A stretch of 64,000 nucleotides of DNA, taken from contig OY969585.1 in the NCBI GenBank assembly GCA_963701295.1, forward strand, positions 3,552,001 to 3,616,000, read 5' to 3'. Shown piece after piece: positions 16,510-27,628 of this stretch. Position 1 is the first letter of the stretch; every line of letters starts with the position of its first letter. The notes beneath the pieces were generated by a model, which was not told where the DNA came from, did not search any database, and was given only the letters and a program-made list of their open reading frames with translations. A program made the position numbers and the translations under genes. This DNA is from Ignavibacteriota bacterium. GTDB taxonomy: Bacteria; Bacteroidota; Ignavibacteria; UBA10030.

Positions 16510-19500
16510 TTATTTTATCAGCACAAGTTTCTTTGTGTCAACGAAATAACCTGCTTGAAGCCGATAGAAATACACTCCACTTGAGAAATGCGATGCTTCC
16601 CATCTCACCGAATATGTTCCAGCCGGCTTTATCTCATCCACCAAAATTGCCGCTTCTCGCCCAAGCATGTCATACACTTTCAGACTGATGCGGCCAGCCG
16701 ATAGTAATTGGTAGCTGATGGTTGTTGCTGGATTAAATGGATTCGGATAATTTTGTGAAAGCTCATACTGTTCCGGTATATTGCTTTTTTTCTCTTTGAC
16801 ACCTGTGATGGTACCCGACCCGCCGCTTTCTTTGTAGCGCTCGCTGAATTCCTGCACATACTGTCTCGCGATAATGCCAGAATGGATGATGAGTGTGTTC
16901 TCGTCGTTGTCAACTTCAGCCGCCGTGGACCAGTTATGGCTTCCTGTAATCACCAACGGATCGCTTGTGTCATCGAATGGATCGACAATACAATATTTGT
17001 GATGAAAGAGTCCGGTGACCACCGAATGTCCCGCTTGCATCGCATCGACACCGGCAGATTGCAGCATGCCCAATTCGCTTGGCTGTTGATCGATCATCCC
17101 TCTCACAATAACACCCGCATTTTTGCTCGCAATAAGCTGCTCGCGTACATCATCGCGCGTGAACGTGAGTAAACCAAAAAAGATATTCGAATGTGCCGTA
17201 GAAAGCGCTTGAATAATTCGCGAAGTCGTTTGGTCGGATGGGCTGAAGTACACTTCCACTCTCGTTCCGTGAATGATTGTAAAGTGCGGTGTGTTATCCA
17301 GCTTTACGGGCCCGAACCGCGCCAGACCCGGATTCGCTATATCGCCTGAGCTTCCGAACATTTCTTCGAACTCTAATGTGTAAATACGCGCTAATGATTG
17401 ATCCTGAATAAAGACGGCATTTTGTGCATCGAGATAGGTCCCTATGTCCGTCACATTCCAGGAACCACTTATGACCCAATCATCCGCTGCGTTCGTAGTA
17501 TCGCGTCCGTCAAAAATAAAAAACTTGTTATGCATAATGCCGTTATTGTCGGCCAGGTTTCTTTTCTGCACCGGGATTCCGGCAGTGGTCAGTTTTGCTA
17601 ACGGTGAAGAAGTTTGTTTGTCGTCAAACACTATACGTACTGCAACGCCGCGATTCTTCGCTGCAATCAATGAGTCTGCAACGCGGTTTGCAACGACCTC
17701 CACGGAACTGTTGAAATCATCGAATGAATAGAGTGCAAGATCGATCGACTTCGTTGCATGTGAAATCCGCTCCAGCAGCTTCGTCTGGAGATCAACGTTC
17801 CCATTCGCTGCCGGTTGTAATCCTATTGTCCCATCGACGGAGTAATTAAAATAGACATTTATTTGTCCGGAACTCTGGGACGAAGTCGTCACCACGGGAT
17901 AAGTTGCAGAAGAACTCGTGCCTGTGCCATTCGTCGATGCCGCTCGGAAATAATAAAGCCGGCCCGCTTTTCTTCCCGGTACTGTAAATACATGAGATGT
18001 GACCAACGCGGAGCTTGACGCGGTGATGGAATCATCGAATACAGGCGTCGTCCCGAATGAAATATGGGAATATGCGGGCGCTGATGTCGTCCAACCTACA
18101 GTGAAACTTGTATCGGTAAGTGCTGTGATCGTCGGTGGAGAATCGATGACCGGTCCGGGTAATTGTTCGATGTCGCTTTGTGTACGCGGCATAAGCTGGT
18201 ACCTCGTATCGTATTGACAAAGTATTCCGGAAAGATTGATTGTACCCGCAGGAATTGCAGTCCCTTCCAATGCTGTACCATAAGGCACTCGCACATCCAA
18301 TTGTGTCATGCCGTTGGTTACGTGGTAGTTTGTTCCGCTTGTTCCTCCTGTAAATTTTCCTATCTCGACAAATTGAACAGCCATGATACGCACAAGTTGA
18401 CTCTCAGAGGTCTCCGAGGCTTGCGAGACATTCAAATCTTTTACTGCCGGCAGCGGAACACCGCGCGCAAGAAGTGTCAGCAAATCGAGGAACTTGACCT
18501 CTTGCAGATTGTGAAAATTCACGAGCTTCCCTTTTACCTCAATGGAATCACCAACGAATAAGGTGTCGCTCTTCACGTCATAGGAAGCCAATCCGCCCGT
18601 TCGGTCCTGGAAGTAAATTGTGTGCGCCGTCGGTGTTGTTGAAGAAGCGGGTTGAACGTATGTGACAACACCGCGTACCTGTACAACGGTGCTATCCGGC
18701 AAACCACGCGCGGCAAAAATTTCTATCCACGATTGTTCAGGCAGCGGGTCAATAATGCCGATATCGCTGATACTGCGAGGCTGCAATTGGTACGCGCCTT
18801 TATAATCTGTCAAGACACCGACGATGTTCACAGAATCGGCGGGAATCGGCCTGACGGGAATATTTGAGTCTTTATCTACTCGAACTGTCATACTCCCGAA
18901 CGGATCACCGGCAGAATAGCTGCTGTCACCAGCGCCAAAACTGCCTGTCGCAGCAAACTTCACTTTGTTGATACGAACAAGCTGCGCTTCCAATGCTTCG
19001 CTCAGATCAGTAGACTTGACGACTTTTGGTAACGGAAGTGGATTACCGGAACTGAGCCGCACTGTATCGGTAATCGGATCGATCTCCAAAAGTCCATTGA
19101 AATCTTTCAGCACACCAGCAATCTCCCAGAGATCTCCAACGCACGCTGAACTACTGAAGTTTGGACTGTATATCGCAACACCGGCAGTTGCATCTTGAAT
19201 ACATGATGGAGATTTGAATTCGTTTGCAACAGTCACAACACCACGCACACGCACCGCAGCTCCGGCTCCTGCTGAGCGTGCTTGAGCGATAGTAAGAACT
19301 CCGAATACAAATGAGAAAGTCTTTGAAGTTGTCATCTCATTTCCAGCGATATCTTTAACATTGTGGATAGTGAGTGTATAGAAATCATTTGCCATTTGTG
19401 TTATGGTTAAGAGAACAAGTTTCAAATTTACAGCGTCACGCTGTGCATGTGTTACCATGAGCGCTTTGTTGATCGCATAATTTGTGGAAGTCGATGAAGA

Positions 19501-20256
19501 AAGAGAATCGACAGCTTCATTGAAGAACACTTCGATCTGCGTACTGGTAAGGGCCTTCACCGAATCGACAACCGGCGGTGTGAAATCCGTTGATAATGAT
19601 TCTGTTGGACTTGCCGAGTTTTGCGGCTGTGGAGTACGGGTTAAGAAATCGCTGCTGTTGTCATTTGAATCGTACGCATTTCCAAGAAATTCTTCTGCCC
19701 CTCCCGAACCCATCGTCTCTGCTGTCGATGCAGCCGATGCTTTGCGTTCAATGGAACGAGTACTCGACGGTGCAGGTGCAGGACCGCTTCCTTCATAGAA
19801 ATTTGCGGTTGTGCCAAATCCGACCAGATCAATAATTTCTATACTCGCAGGATTTGCGCCGGTCAACGCAGCTGTTGTACTGCATAATGCAACTTTTCCG
19901 GCAGTTGCCGCTATGGCGACAGAACCGGCCGCATCGGGAGTCGGCAAATTCATAGTCCCTCCGGAACCAGAATCTTCCTGAATGAGATAGAATCCATGCG
20001 GTGCGATTGAACCCGTGAGCTTGGTAACCTTCCACGTACCGGTTCCTGTCGCTGAAATGTACTGAACCGACCATCCGTCAAGGGGAACCGAAAAATCGAC
20101 AGGGTTATAAAGCTCGATAAAGTCATTTTTCCAAATCGATCCGGAATTCCCGCCTCCTCCATAAATTTCACTGATAACCACCTGCGCGAAGATTTGTTGT
20201 GTGAACGTGATGAAATATATCGAAAACACGAAGAACAGACTTCGAAGAGTACACAT
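16510..20256 (-). CDS. Secreted lamin-tail/OB-fold/Fn3/phospholipase D-like (nuclease) protein with T9SS-type C-terminus
   Basis: VVISEIYGGGG..DFIELYNP (LTD); YQLQPR repeats; two HKD motifs MHNKFFIFD and FHHKYCIVD; QNYPNPFNP. Confidence 0.85.
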   Translation of the reverse strand: MCTLRSLFFVFSIYFITFTQQIFAQVVISEIYGGGGNSGSIWKNDFIELYNPVDFSVPLDGWSVQYISATGTGTWKVTKLTGSIAPHGFYLIQEDSGSGGTMNLPTPDAAGSVAIAATAGKVALCSTTAALTGANPASIEIIDLVGFGTTANFYEGSGPAPAPSSTRSIERKASAASTAETMGSGGAEEFLGNAYDSNDNSSDFLTRTPQPQNSASPTESLSTDFTPPVVDSVKALTSTQIEVFFNEAVDSLSSSTSTNYAINKALMVTHAQRDAVNLKLVLLTITQMANDFYTLTIHNVKDIAGNEMTTSKTFSFVFGVLTIAQARSAGAGAAVRVRGVVTVANEFKSPSCIQDATAGVAIYSPNFSSSACVGDLWEIAGVLKDFNGLLEIDPITDTVRLSSGNPLPLPKVVKSTDLSEALEAQLVRINKVKFAATGSFGAGDSSYSAGDPFGSMTVRVDKDSNIPVRPIPADSVNIVGVLTDYKGAYQLQPRSISDIGIIDPLPEQSWIEIFAARGLPDSTVVQVRGVVTYVQPASSTTPTAHTIYFQDRTGGLASYDVKSDTLFVGDSIEVKGKLVNFHNLQEVKFLDLLTLLARGVPLPAVKDLNVSQASETSESQLVRIMAVQFVEIGKFTGGTSGTNYHVTNGMTQLDVRVPYGTALEGTAIPAGTINLSGILCQYDTRYQLMPRTQSDIEQLPGPVIDSPPTITALTDTSFTVGWTTSAPAYSHISFGTTPVFDDSITASSSALVTSHVFTVPGRKAGRLYYFRAASTNGTGTSSSATYPVVTTSSQSSGQINVYFNYSVDGTIGLQPAANGNVDLQTKLLERISHATKSIDLALYSFDDFNSSVEVVANRVADSLIAAKNRGVAVRIVFDDKQTSSPLAKLTTAGIPVQKRNLADNNGIMHNKFFIFDGRDTTNAADDWVISGSWNVTDIGTYLDAQNAVFIQDQSLARIYTLEFEEMFGSSGDIANPGLARFGPVKLDNTPHFTIIHGTRVEVYFSPSDQTTSRIIQALSTAHSNIFFGLLTFTRDDVREQLIASKNAGVIVRGMIDQQPSELGMLQSAGVDAMQAGHSVVTGLFHHKYCIVDPFDDTSDPLVITGSHNWSTAAEVDNDENTLIIHSGIIARQYVQEFSERYKESGGSGTITGVKEKKSNIPEQYELSQNYPNPFNPATTISYQLLSAGRISLKVYDMLGREAAILVDEIKPAGTYSVRWEASHFSSGVYFYRLQAGYFVDTKKLVLIK

Positions 20257-20403
20257 AGGTTTTTCCTTTTTGAATAGTTGGCGCTTGAATCAATATAGTC
20301 TTTTTCTCTTTTTTTTCAAGTTAATTTTCAATAAGTATAAAAAAGAGAACCATTGGATTTCCATTGGTGTTTCAATATATTCAACTCCATACAGAAGGAT
20401 GAA

Positions 20404-20784
20404 ATGACAGAGGTAGCAGTCGGCATACTCCAAAAAAACGGGAAGATACTTATCTGCCAGCGAAAGAAAGGCGGCAGATATGAATTAAAATGGGAATTCC
20501 CCGGCGGAAAACTTGAAAAAGGAGAAACCACCGAACAATGCGTGCGCCGCGAACTGCGCGAGGAACTGAGCATCGAAATTCATTCCATCGAACGCATCCA
20601 AACACAAACTGCGTATTATGAAGATGGTGGGATGTTCAGCGTGGCGTACTGCTTCCTCTCCGGCTTTGAAGGAGAACCGCAGAACAATGTCTTTGAACAG
20701 ATTCGCTGGGTAACCGTAGATGAATTAAAACACATGGATTCACTCGACGGCAATAAACCTTTCATAGCACATCTTATGCGGTAA
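20404..20784 (+). CDS. mutT: NUDIX 8-oxo-dGTPase
   Basis: WEFPGGKLEKGET.EQCVRRELREEL Nudix box; next to mutY. Confidence 0.8.
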   Translation: MTEVAVGILQKNGKILICQRKKGGRYELKWEFPGGKLEKGETTEQCVRRELREELSIEIHSIERIQTQTAYYEDGGMFSVAYCFLSGFEGEPQNNVFEQIRWVTVDELKHMDSLDGNKPFIAHLMR

Positions 20785-20840
20785 GAAAGAAATAGGGCTC
20801 TCTCTTATCATTCAGCGATCACGTACCACCAAAGTGCATA

Positions 20841-21737
20841 GTGAACATCGGCAATCGAAAATCATCAATTACGAAATCTCTCTTACATTGGTATAAGCGG
20901 AATGCTCGCCCGCTTCCCTGGCGAAAGACACGAAACCCTTATCGCATCCTTGTCTCGGAAGTGATGCTTCAGCAGACTCAGGTGAGCCGCGTACTGCAAA
21001 AGTATCCGGAGTTCCTGCGTTTGTTCCCGAACTTCTCGTTGCTTGCTCACGCTCGAACTGCCGATGTGATTCGCGCTTGGGCAGAAATGGGTTATAATAA
21101 CCGTGCAATACGCCTACAGCAGATTGCCAAAGAGATTACGAATGATAACAACGGTCGTCTGCCCTCCGACATTCATATTCTCCAAAAACTTCCTGGTATT
21201 GGACGTTACACGGCTCACGCTGTCGCTTGCTTTTCATTCGGACAACACACAGCCGTCGTCGACACAAACGTGCGCAGGATTCTTGCTCGGTTGTTCCCCC
21301 AACAAGCCACTTCCCTGGATGAATGGGAACTTGCTGAATCGATACTCCCCAAAAGAAAAGCATACGAATGGAATCAAGCACTCATGGAACTTGGCAGTAT
21401 TTTTTGTACAGCAGCTCATCCGCGCTGTATTGACTGTCCGCTCAAACAGTATTGTCCGAGCGCATTTCAAATCCGTGAATCGAAGAAATCTTATGCCAGG
21501 AAGAATCATCGCGTCATGATTCCGAACAGAATGTACCGCGGACGAATTGTTGCACTGCTGCGCACTATACGCCCTCGTCAATCGATCGAATCAAATCGGT
21601 TGCTGCACATGATACGGCCGGAAGCAAGAAGTCAAAATCAAAAATGGTTCTCGCTGGTATTAGCCGGACTTCAACGCGACGGATTGATTCAAATACGCTT
21701 CCAAAAAGAGAAAAGATTTATTTCGCTGCCAAAATGA
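20841..21737 (+). CDS. mutY: A/G-specific adenine glycosylase
   Basis: LPWR, SEVMLQQTQV, LPGIGRYTA, VDTNVRR, FeS CxxxxxxCxxCxxxxxC. Confidence 0.92.
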   Translation: MNIGNRKSSITKSLLHWYKRNARPLPWRKTRNPYRILVSEVMLQQTQVSRVLQKYPEFLRLFPNFSLLAHARTADVIRAWAEMGYNNRAIRLQQIAKEITNDNNGRLPSDIHILQKLPGIGRYTAHAVACFSFGQHTAVVDTNVRRILARLFPQQATSLDEWELAESILPKRKAYEWNQALMELGSIFCTAAHPRCIDCPLKQYCPSAFQIRESKKSYARKNHRVMIPNRMYRGRIVALLRTIRPRQSIESNRLLHMIRPEARSQNQKWFSLVLAGLQRDGLIQIRFQKEKRFISLPK

Positions 21738-22381
21738 AAACCGCTCCCCTCGATAAAATAAAACTACTCGATGAAATTGAACATCACTATCTGACGCACA
21801 AGGAAGCAATCCGAGTTCGATTGTCGGAATTTCAATCTATTCCACCTTCAGAATACTTCTATGAACTTACCTATTGCCTTCTCACACCTCAATCAAGCGC
21901 AGCACACGCTGAACAGGCTGTCGCTCAGCTGCGTAATGCCGGATTCCATTCTCAATATACAGATCCTGAACCTATCCTTCGGCGTAAAAAATATTATATC
22001 CGCTTTCATAGAACAAAAACGCGGCATCTCATACTAATGAAGAAAGAATTCTCTGTCATTGCACAAAAATTATCGGAACCAGCTTCAGCATTCGATCTTC
22101 GAGAGTGGCTTGTGATGCACATCATCGGTTTAGGTTATAAAGAGGCTACACATTTTCTACGTAACATAGGTAAAAACAACGGGCTCGCCATTCTTGATCG
22201 GCACATCTTGCGCACGTTGGAACGATTGGGAGTCATTGATTCCATCCCAAATTCGATAAATAAAAACCGATATCTTGAAATCGAACAGCGATTTAAAATA
22301 TTTTCCTACAACATTGGCATAGTATTGGATGAATTAGACCTGGTTCTTTGGAGCATGGGTACGGGAGAAATCCGTAAATGA
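21734..22381 (+). CDS. ogg: Thermostable/archaeal-type 8-oxoguanine DNA glycosylase/lyase
   Basis: FYEL.YCLLTPQSSA; GLGYKEATHFLRNIG; AILDRHILR; LDLVLW..TG.I.K; ATGA overlap with mutY. Confidence 0.85.
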   Translation: MKTAPLDKIKLLDEIEHHYLTHKEAIRVRLSEFQSIPPSEYFYELTYCLLTPQSSAAHAEQAVAQLRNAGFHSQYTDPEPILRRKKYYIRFHRTKTRHLILMKKEFSVIAQKLSEPASAFDLREWLVMHIIGLGYKEATHFLRNIGKNNGLAILDRHILRTLERLGVIDSIPNSINKNRYLEIEQRFKIFSYNIGIVLDELDLVLWSMGTGEIRK

Positions 22382-22625
22382 GATACTTCCCCTGGCGCTC
22401 CGGTTATAGTTCTGATTGACTGTTATTGTGAAAGTAACAACGTTCCGGCAAAAATAATGAAACAGAGCAAATTTCAACAACTTTATTTATTAGAAACGAG
22501 ATATACACTATAGGAGTTTTTTTAAGTATGAACAGTACTCAATTACAAAATTTTCACAATAGAACGAATTGATAGGGAAAAGAATAGTACGGACTTCAAT
22601 CGATAATTTAGAAAATGGAGGTAAT

Positions 22626-23015
22626 ATGGGATCCCAGCAATTGTTGTTGATTATGCTTATCATGCTGTTAGTCGGTATCGCTATGACAGTCGCAATCACG
22701 ATATCTCAAGCAAAAGCGGTCGAAGCAAACTGCAATGCCCTCACGAATGACCTGCTTTATTATGCCGCTAAGGCACGTGAGTTCTATTGGAGACCATCAA
22801 CGCTTGGAGGTGGCAATAGAAGTTTTTCCGGGGTGACACTTCCAAAGCTTTCTTTGGCGTCCTCAAATGCAAATGGGCGATTTTTTATTGTAGGCTCTCC
22901 AACAAAAGATGAAATTGTAATAAAAGGTATTGGCACGGTTACAGTCGGGAAAAACACAACACAGGTACAAGTAATCGTCAACGAACAAAATAACTCCTTT
23001 TGGATCATCCATTAA
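22626..23015 (+). CDS. Hypothetical pilin-like protein (MGxQQLLLI N-terminus)
   Basis: [10 protein letters not shown] hydrophobic helix; RPSTLGGG motif; RBS GGAGG. Confidence 0.6.
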   Translation: MGSQQLLLIMLIMLLVGIAMTVAITISQAKAVEANCNALTNDLLYYAAKAREFYWRPSTLGGGNRSFSGVTLPKLSLASSNANGRFFIVGSPTKDEIVIKGIGTVTVGKNTTQVQVIVNEQNNSFWIIH

Positions 23016-23019
23016 CACG

Positions 23020-23517
23020 ATGGCGCAGCAAAATTCTTTCGATATTGTGTCCGAAGTGAATCTTCAGGAAGTTGATAATGCAGTCAATCAGGCACATAAA
23101 GAGATCACTCAGCGGTATGATTTCAAAGGAATCCATACGACTGTTGAACTTGACCAAAAAGAGAAAAAGCTCGTTATTACCACTGGCGATGAATTTCATT
23201 TGAAAAGCGTCATCGATATTTTACAATCAAAGTTGATCAAACGCAGCGTTTCTCTGAAGGCGCTCAAATATGGAAATGTTGAACCTGCCGCCTCCAGTTC
23301 GGTACGGCAAATCATTACTCTGCAGGTTGGTATTGCGAAAGACGATGCAAAAAAAATTACAAAACTCGTGAAAGATTCAAAATTGAAAGTGCAAGCACAG
23401 ATCATGGAAGACCAAGTACGCGTAACCGGCAAGGATAAAGATGATCTGCAAGCTGTTATCAGCCTGCTTCGCGGTCAGGACTTTCCATTTGCACTGCAAT
23501 TCGTGAATTATCGTTAG
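23020..23517 (+). CDS. yajQ: YajQ family cyclic di-GMP-binding protein
   Basis: [17 protein letters not shown]; RYDFKG; LQFVNYR. Confidence 0.95.
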   Translation: MAQQNSFDIVSEVNLQEVDNAVNQAHKEITQRYDFKGIHTTVELDQKEKKLVITTGDEFHLKSVIDILQSKLIKRSVSLKALKYGNVEPAASSSVRQIITLQVGIAKDDAKKITKLVKDSKLKVQAQIMEDQVRVTGKDKDDLQAVISLLRGQDFPFALQFVNYR

Positions 23518-25107
23518 ATGAACCGCTCCTGCTTTTGGAAATTCATATTTCTCTCTGTCATTTCTTTTCCCTTGTGTCATTCCCAAGAGGCCGGTCAGGA
23601 AACTCCGATCACATTTCGTCTGGCAAACGGCGACACGGCACTCGTCCGTACTCTCGACAGCACTGAAGTACTCTACTTCTCTCTCACCGATTTTTTGAAG
23701 CCGTTGCAACTCCCCAGCATTCTGAACGACAGCACCGGAAAGGTCGAATGTCTCATTGCTTCGCAGCTTGTTCGATTTACGGATCAGAATCCTTTCGTCG
23801 TCATCACGGAACGTTTATCGAACGCCGCTACGGTGTATCAAATGCCGACACAAGTGATTCGCAAACATGGAGAATTTTATATTCCCGCGTTGACTTTCGT
23901 CGCGCTGTTTGAACGGATAACAGACAAACCCTTATTGTTCGATGCAGAACGCAAAATGCTCGAGTTACGTTTATCCACTTCACCATATGATATTGCAGGG
24001 ATTGAAATTGAAAAGAAACTGAACGGGTCTCTCATCACCGTTCTTGCCAATAAGAAACTCGGCGATATCGAAACTTGGCTAAAACCTGATGGCTGGCTGT
24101 TTGTAACCATCACCGGAGTCACGGCTGATACAGCTGCGTTGAATAGAATCAAACCCTCCGAAGCGGTAAAGAAAATTCTCGCATTTCAATCACCTGCTTC
24201 TGTCCAATTGACATTTCGCGTTACTCCCGATGTTGTGCAAGCAGAAGCGGCAAACGATCCGGCATCGAACAACCTTTTCATCTCACTGAGGATCCGTTCT
24301 GAATCCGAAAGAAAAGAGATAGAAAAAAAGAGACTTGAAGCCGTCAAGCAGAACCATGAACACAAACGCGATCGCTGGAAACTTGATGTCATCGTTATCG
24401 ACGCCGGACATGGCGGCAAAGATCCGGGAACTGTTGGTGTTGTAGGCACCTACGAAAAAGATATTACTCTGAGTGTCGCACTCAAGCTTGGACACCTTAT
24501 TGAAAAGAATTTAAAAGATATTCGGGTTGTGTACACACGGACAGCAGACCGATTTGTCGAGCTGTACCGGCGCACACAAATCGCCAACGAAGCCGCAGGA
24601 AAATTATTTGTCAGTCTTCATTGTAATGCATTGCCGTATAAACCATCGAGCATGAATGGCTTTGAGATCTACTTGCTTCGCCCCAACCGCTCGGAGGAGG
24701 CGGTTTCAATCGCTTCTCGAGAGAATGCTGTCATTCAATTGGAAGAAGGATACCAAGAGCGATATCAAAAATTGACGGAAGAGGAATTCATCATCGTTAC
24801 GATGGCACAGAGTTCCTATATGAAACAGAGCGAACAATTTGCCGAGTGTGCTATCGGATCAATGGCTAAAAACCTGCGTATCAAGAACAGTGGCGTGAAA
24901 CAAGCCGGATTCTATGTCCTTGTCGGCGCATCCATGCCCAATGTTCTCGTAGAGCTTGGATATCTTTCCAATAGAAAAGAAGAGCAGTTCCTTCGCAGTC
25001 AGGATGGCCAAAGAAATATTGCCGAGGCGCTTTTTAAAGGAGTGAAGGAGTATAAAAGGAAATACGAACAAGCGTTGCAAGAAGGTATAGAAAACGATGT
25101 TCCGTAA
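23518..25107 (+). CDS. N-acetylmuramoyl-L-alanine amidase (Amidase_3)
   Basis: IDAGHGGKDPG; EKDITL; SLHCNA; VLVELGYLSN. Confidence 0.92.
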   Translation: MNRSCFWKFIFLSVISFPLCHSQEAGQETPITFRLANGDTALVRTLDSTEVLYFSLTDFLKPLQLPSILNDSTGKVECLIASQLVRFTDQNPFVVITERLSNAATVYQMPTQVIRKHGEFYIPALTFVALFERITDKPLLFDAERKMLELRLSTSPYDIAGIEIEKKLNGSLITVLANKKLGDIETWLKPDGWLFVTITGVTADTAALNRIKPSEAVKKILAFQSPASVQLTFRVTPDVVQAEAANDPASNNLFISLRIRSESERKEIEKKRLEAVKQNHEHKRDRWKLDVIVIDAGHGGKDPGTVGVVGTYEKDITLSVALKLGHLIEKNLKDIRVVYTRTADRFVELYRRTQIANEAAGKLFVSLHCNALPYKPSSMNGFEIYLLRPNRSEEAVSIASRENAVIQLEEGYQERYQKLTEEEFIIVTMAQSSYMKQSEQFAECAIGSMAKNLRIKNSGVKQAGFYVLVGASMPNVLVELGYLSNRKEEQFLRSQDGQRNIAEALFKGVKEYKRKYEQALQEGIENDVP

Positions 25108-25247
25108 ATACGGCAATTGATTGGCACTAGGAAGAACATTGAACCTGCTCGATACGTAATAATTTAAACCAAACACAATATTTCATTGTCTCACCTTCAG
25201 AACTGAAAAGCAGCATTGATACATTCATTAAAATAGGAGGAGGAGGT

Positions 25248-25587
25248 ATGAAAAAAATCCTATCTAATGATCATCACATTGTCAATTTCTTTATTCTGTT
25301 GGAGTGTTTCGGCACAGGAACAAACGGCGCCGCCAAAGACTCCAAAAATCACAAAAAAACAGATACACCAACAAGCACGAATTAAACAAGGTGTCCAAAG
25401 CGGAGAACTCACCAAAGGCGAGACTGTACATCTGGAGAAAGAGCAAGGAAAGATTCAGGCTGAAAAATTGCAGGCAAAATCAGACGGAAAAGTAACGCCA
25501 CAAGAACGTAAAAAAATTCGTCGTGATCAAAGGAAAGCGAACCGCGATATATATCGAGCAAAACATAACGATAAGACTCAAAAATAA
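25248..25587 (+). CDS. Small secreted basic helical protein (apparent frameshift in A7 run near the start)
   Basis: QQARIKQGVQSGELTKGE repeat family; strong RBS before ATG 25248, which is out of frame with the ORF by 1. Confidence 0.6.
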
Positions 25588-25610
25588 ATCTCTATACTAT
25601 GAAAATATCG

Positions 25611-25647
25611 AAGCTGAGCTGATAAAAACCAGTTCGGCTTTTTGTTT
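25611..25647 (+). terminator. Rho-independent terminator
   Basis: AAGCTGAGCTG-loop-CAGTTCGGCTT followed by T-run, between convergent genes. Confidence 0.65.
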
Positions 25648-25660
25648 ATTGATGAGAGTA

Positions 25661-27526
25661 TTACTGAATAACAAGAACAGGTATCTTTAAAGCATGACGA
25701 ACCTTTGAGATTGAAGTACCAAAGATCAAATCTTTCATTCCCCGATGCCCATGACCACCCATTACGAGCAGGTCGATTTTCTGTTCTTGGGCAATGCGAA
25801 CAATTTCTTTGGGCACACGGCCAAAGCCAAGCACTGCTTGAACATCAATCCCTGTAATCCGAAGTTCTTCTGCATGTTTTTCCAAATGCTGCATATCATC
25901 CCGGGTTTCGTCATCGTAGGCATATGCGCCAAACAACTGCCCGCCCACTCCTTCAACAATATGCATAAGAACAAGATGCGCGCCATTGTGCTGTGCAAGT
26001 GATTGTGCATGCGAAAGCACTTTCGAATCCATCAAACCTAAATCGAGTGCGACTCCGATTCGAGTATATGGATGCGGTACAAATTCGAGTTGTTCAATTT
26101 CTGATGGCATTGTTGGTTTTCTCCTTCGCCAAGATTTTGGTAAAGAGATATAGATAAGCAATATAAAAATTCCTGCAATCAAGGGAACAACCGTGAACCA
26201 CAGAATGATCGATCCATTCCCCGTATTTGTAATCCAATCTCTTATCGTACTGATCACCAATTGGGCGTTCAACACGACGATAATCACAGCGGCAATCGAT
26301 GCAAGAATCTTCACCCACTGTTTATTGACAAATGTCCCCATGCGTTCTTTATCACTTGTAAAATGGATTAGCGGAACAACGGCAAACGGAAGTTGAAGAC
26401 TCAATACTACCTGGCTCAAAATGAGTAACTCATATGATCCTTGATCGCCACGCAACGTGATAACGGTGACTGCCGGAATAATAGCAAGGGTGCGTGTCAA
26501 GAGCCGCCGGAGGACCGGCCGCATTTTAAAATGAAGAAAACCCTCCATCACAATCTGTCCGGCATAGGTACCGGTAAGAGTGGAACTTTGTCCTGACGCC
26601 AAAAGTGCGACAGCAAAAAGCGTGCTTGCCAACATTGTGCCAAGCAAGGGCGCTAAGAGTGTATGTGCCTGCTGGATTTCCGTCACAAGCATTCCATTTT
26701 TAAAAAAAACTGATGCAGAAAGAATAAGAATTGCTGCGTTGATAAGAAATGCGGCATTTAATGCAATCAAGGTGTCAACGAAATTGAATTTACACGCTTG
26801 CCGTTTCCCTTGTTCCGTTTGCTCAACGAGCCGTGTTTGAACAAGTGCCGAGTGAAGATATAAATTGTGAGGCATAACCGTGGCGCCAAGAATCCCAATT
26901 GCAATATAGAGATTTCCGGAGTTTAGCCGCGGAATAAATCCGTTCGCAATCTCGCCGATCAGCGGCTTGGAAAGCAGCATCTCAATGCCAAAACACGCGC
27001 CCATCACTGTTACCATCATGACGATAAAAAATTCCATTTTCCGAATACCAAAATTTTGGATGAGCAGGAAAAGGATTGTATCAAACCCCGTGATGATAAC
27101 GCCGACGATCAAGGGCATGCCGAAGAGGAGATTTAATCCGATGGCTGTGCCAAGCACTTCGGCAAGATCACAAGCGGCAATCGCAATCTCGCAAAGAACC
27201 CATAAGACGTAGGTGATAGGCTTTGGATATTCATCCCGACAACTTTGTGCAAGATCGCGTCCTGTGACGATACCGAGACGAGCGGAGAGTGTTTGCAGGA
27301 GCACCGCCATCAAATTCGACATCAAGATGACCCACAGAAGTTGAAATCCAAATCGCGAGCCGCCTTCGATGTCTGTTGCCCAATTGCCCGGATCCATATA
27401 GCCGACACTGACAAGATACGCTGGACCGGCAAAAGCAAAGAAACGTTTCATCATTCCATAATGCCTGGGAATGGTCACGGATCCATGGACTTCAGACAAT
27501 GAAACAGATGTGTTATCTATTGCCAT
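25661..27526 (-). CDS. mntH: Nramp Mn2+/Fe2+ transporter with C-terminal USP domain
   Basis: YMDPGNW; MPHNLYLHS; QSSTLTGTYAGQ; C-terminal LVMGGHGH..FGT USP motif. Confidence 0.93.
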   Translation of the reverse strand: MAIDNTSVSLSEVHGSVTIPRHYGMMKRFFAFAGPAYLVSVGYMDPGNWATDIEGGSRFGFQLLWVILMSNLMAVLLQTLSARLGIVTGRDLAQSCRDEYPKPITYVLWVLCEIAIAACDLAEVLGTAIGLNLLFGMPLIVGVIITGFDTILFLLIQNFGIRKMEFFIVMMVTVMGACFGIEMLLSKPLIGEIANGFIPRLNSGNLYIAIGILGATVMPHNLYLHSALVQTRLVEQTEQGKRQACKFNFVDTLIALNAAFLINAAILILSASVFFKNGMLVTEIQQAHTLLAPLLGTMLASTLFAVALLASGQSSTLTGTYAGQIVMEGFLHFKMRPVLRRLLTRTLAIIPAVTVITLRGDQGSYELLILSQVVLSLQLPFAVVPLIHFTSDKERMGTFVNKQWVKILASIAAVIIVVLNAQLVISTIRDWITNTGNGSIILWFTVVPLIAGIFILLIYISLPKSWRRRKPTMPSEIEQLEFVPHPYTRIGVALDLGLMDSKVLSHAQSLAQHNGAHLVLMHIVEGVGGQLFGAYAYDDETRDDMQHLEKHAEELRITGIDVQAVLGFGRVPKEIVRIAQEQKIDLLVMGGHGHRGMKDLIFGTSISKVRHALKIPVLVIQ

Positions 27527-27628
27527 AATCTTTTTCTAAGTTTTCCATTTCGGAGCATAGATGAAAGATCCGCCTTTCCTTCCTTTCAACTGCTCCCTTA
27601 TTGCTGGGAACCGATAACGATCAACTGA

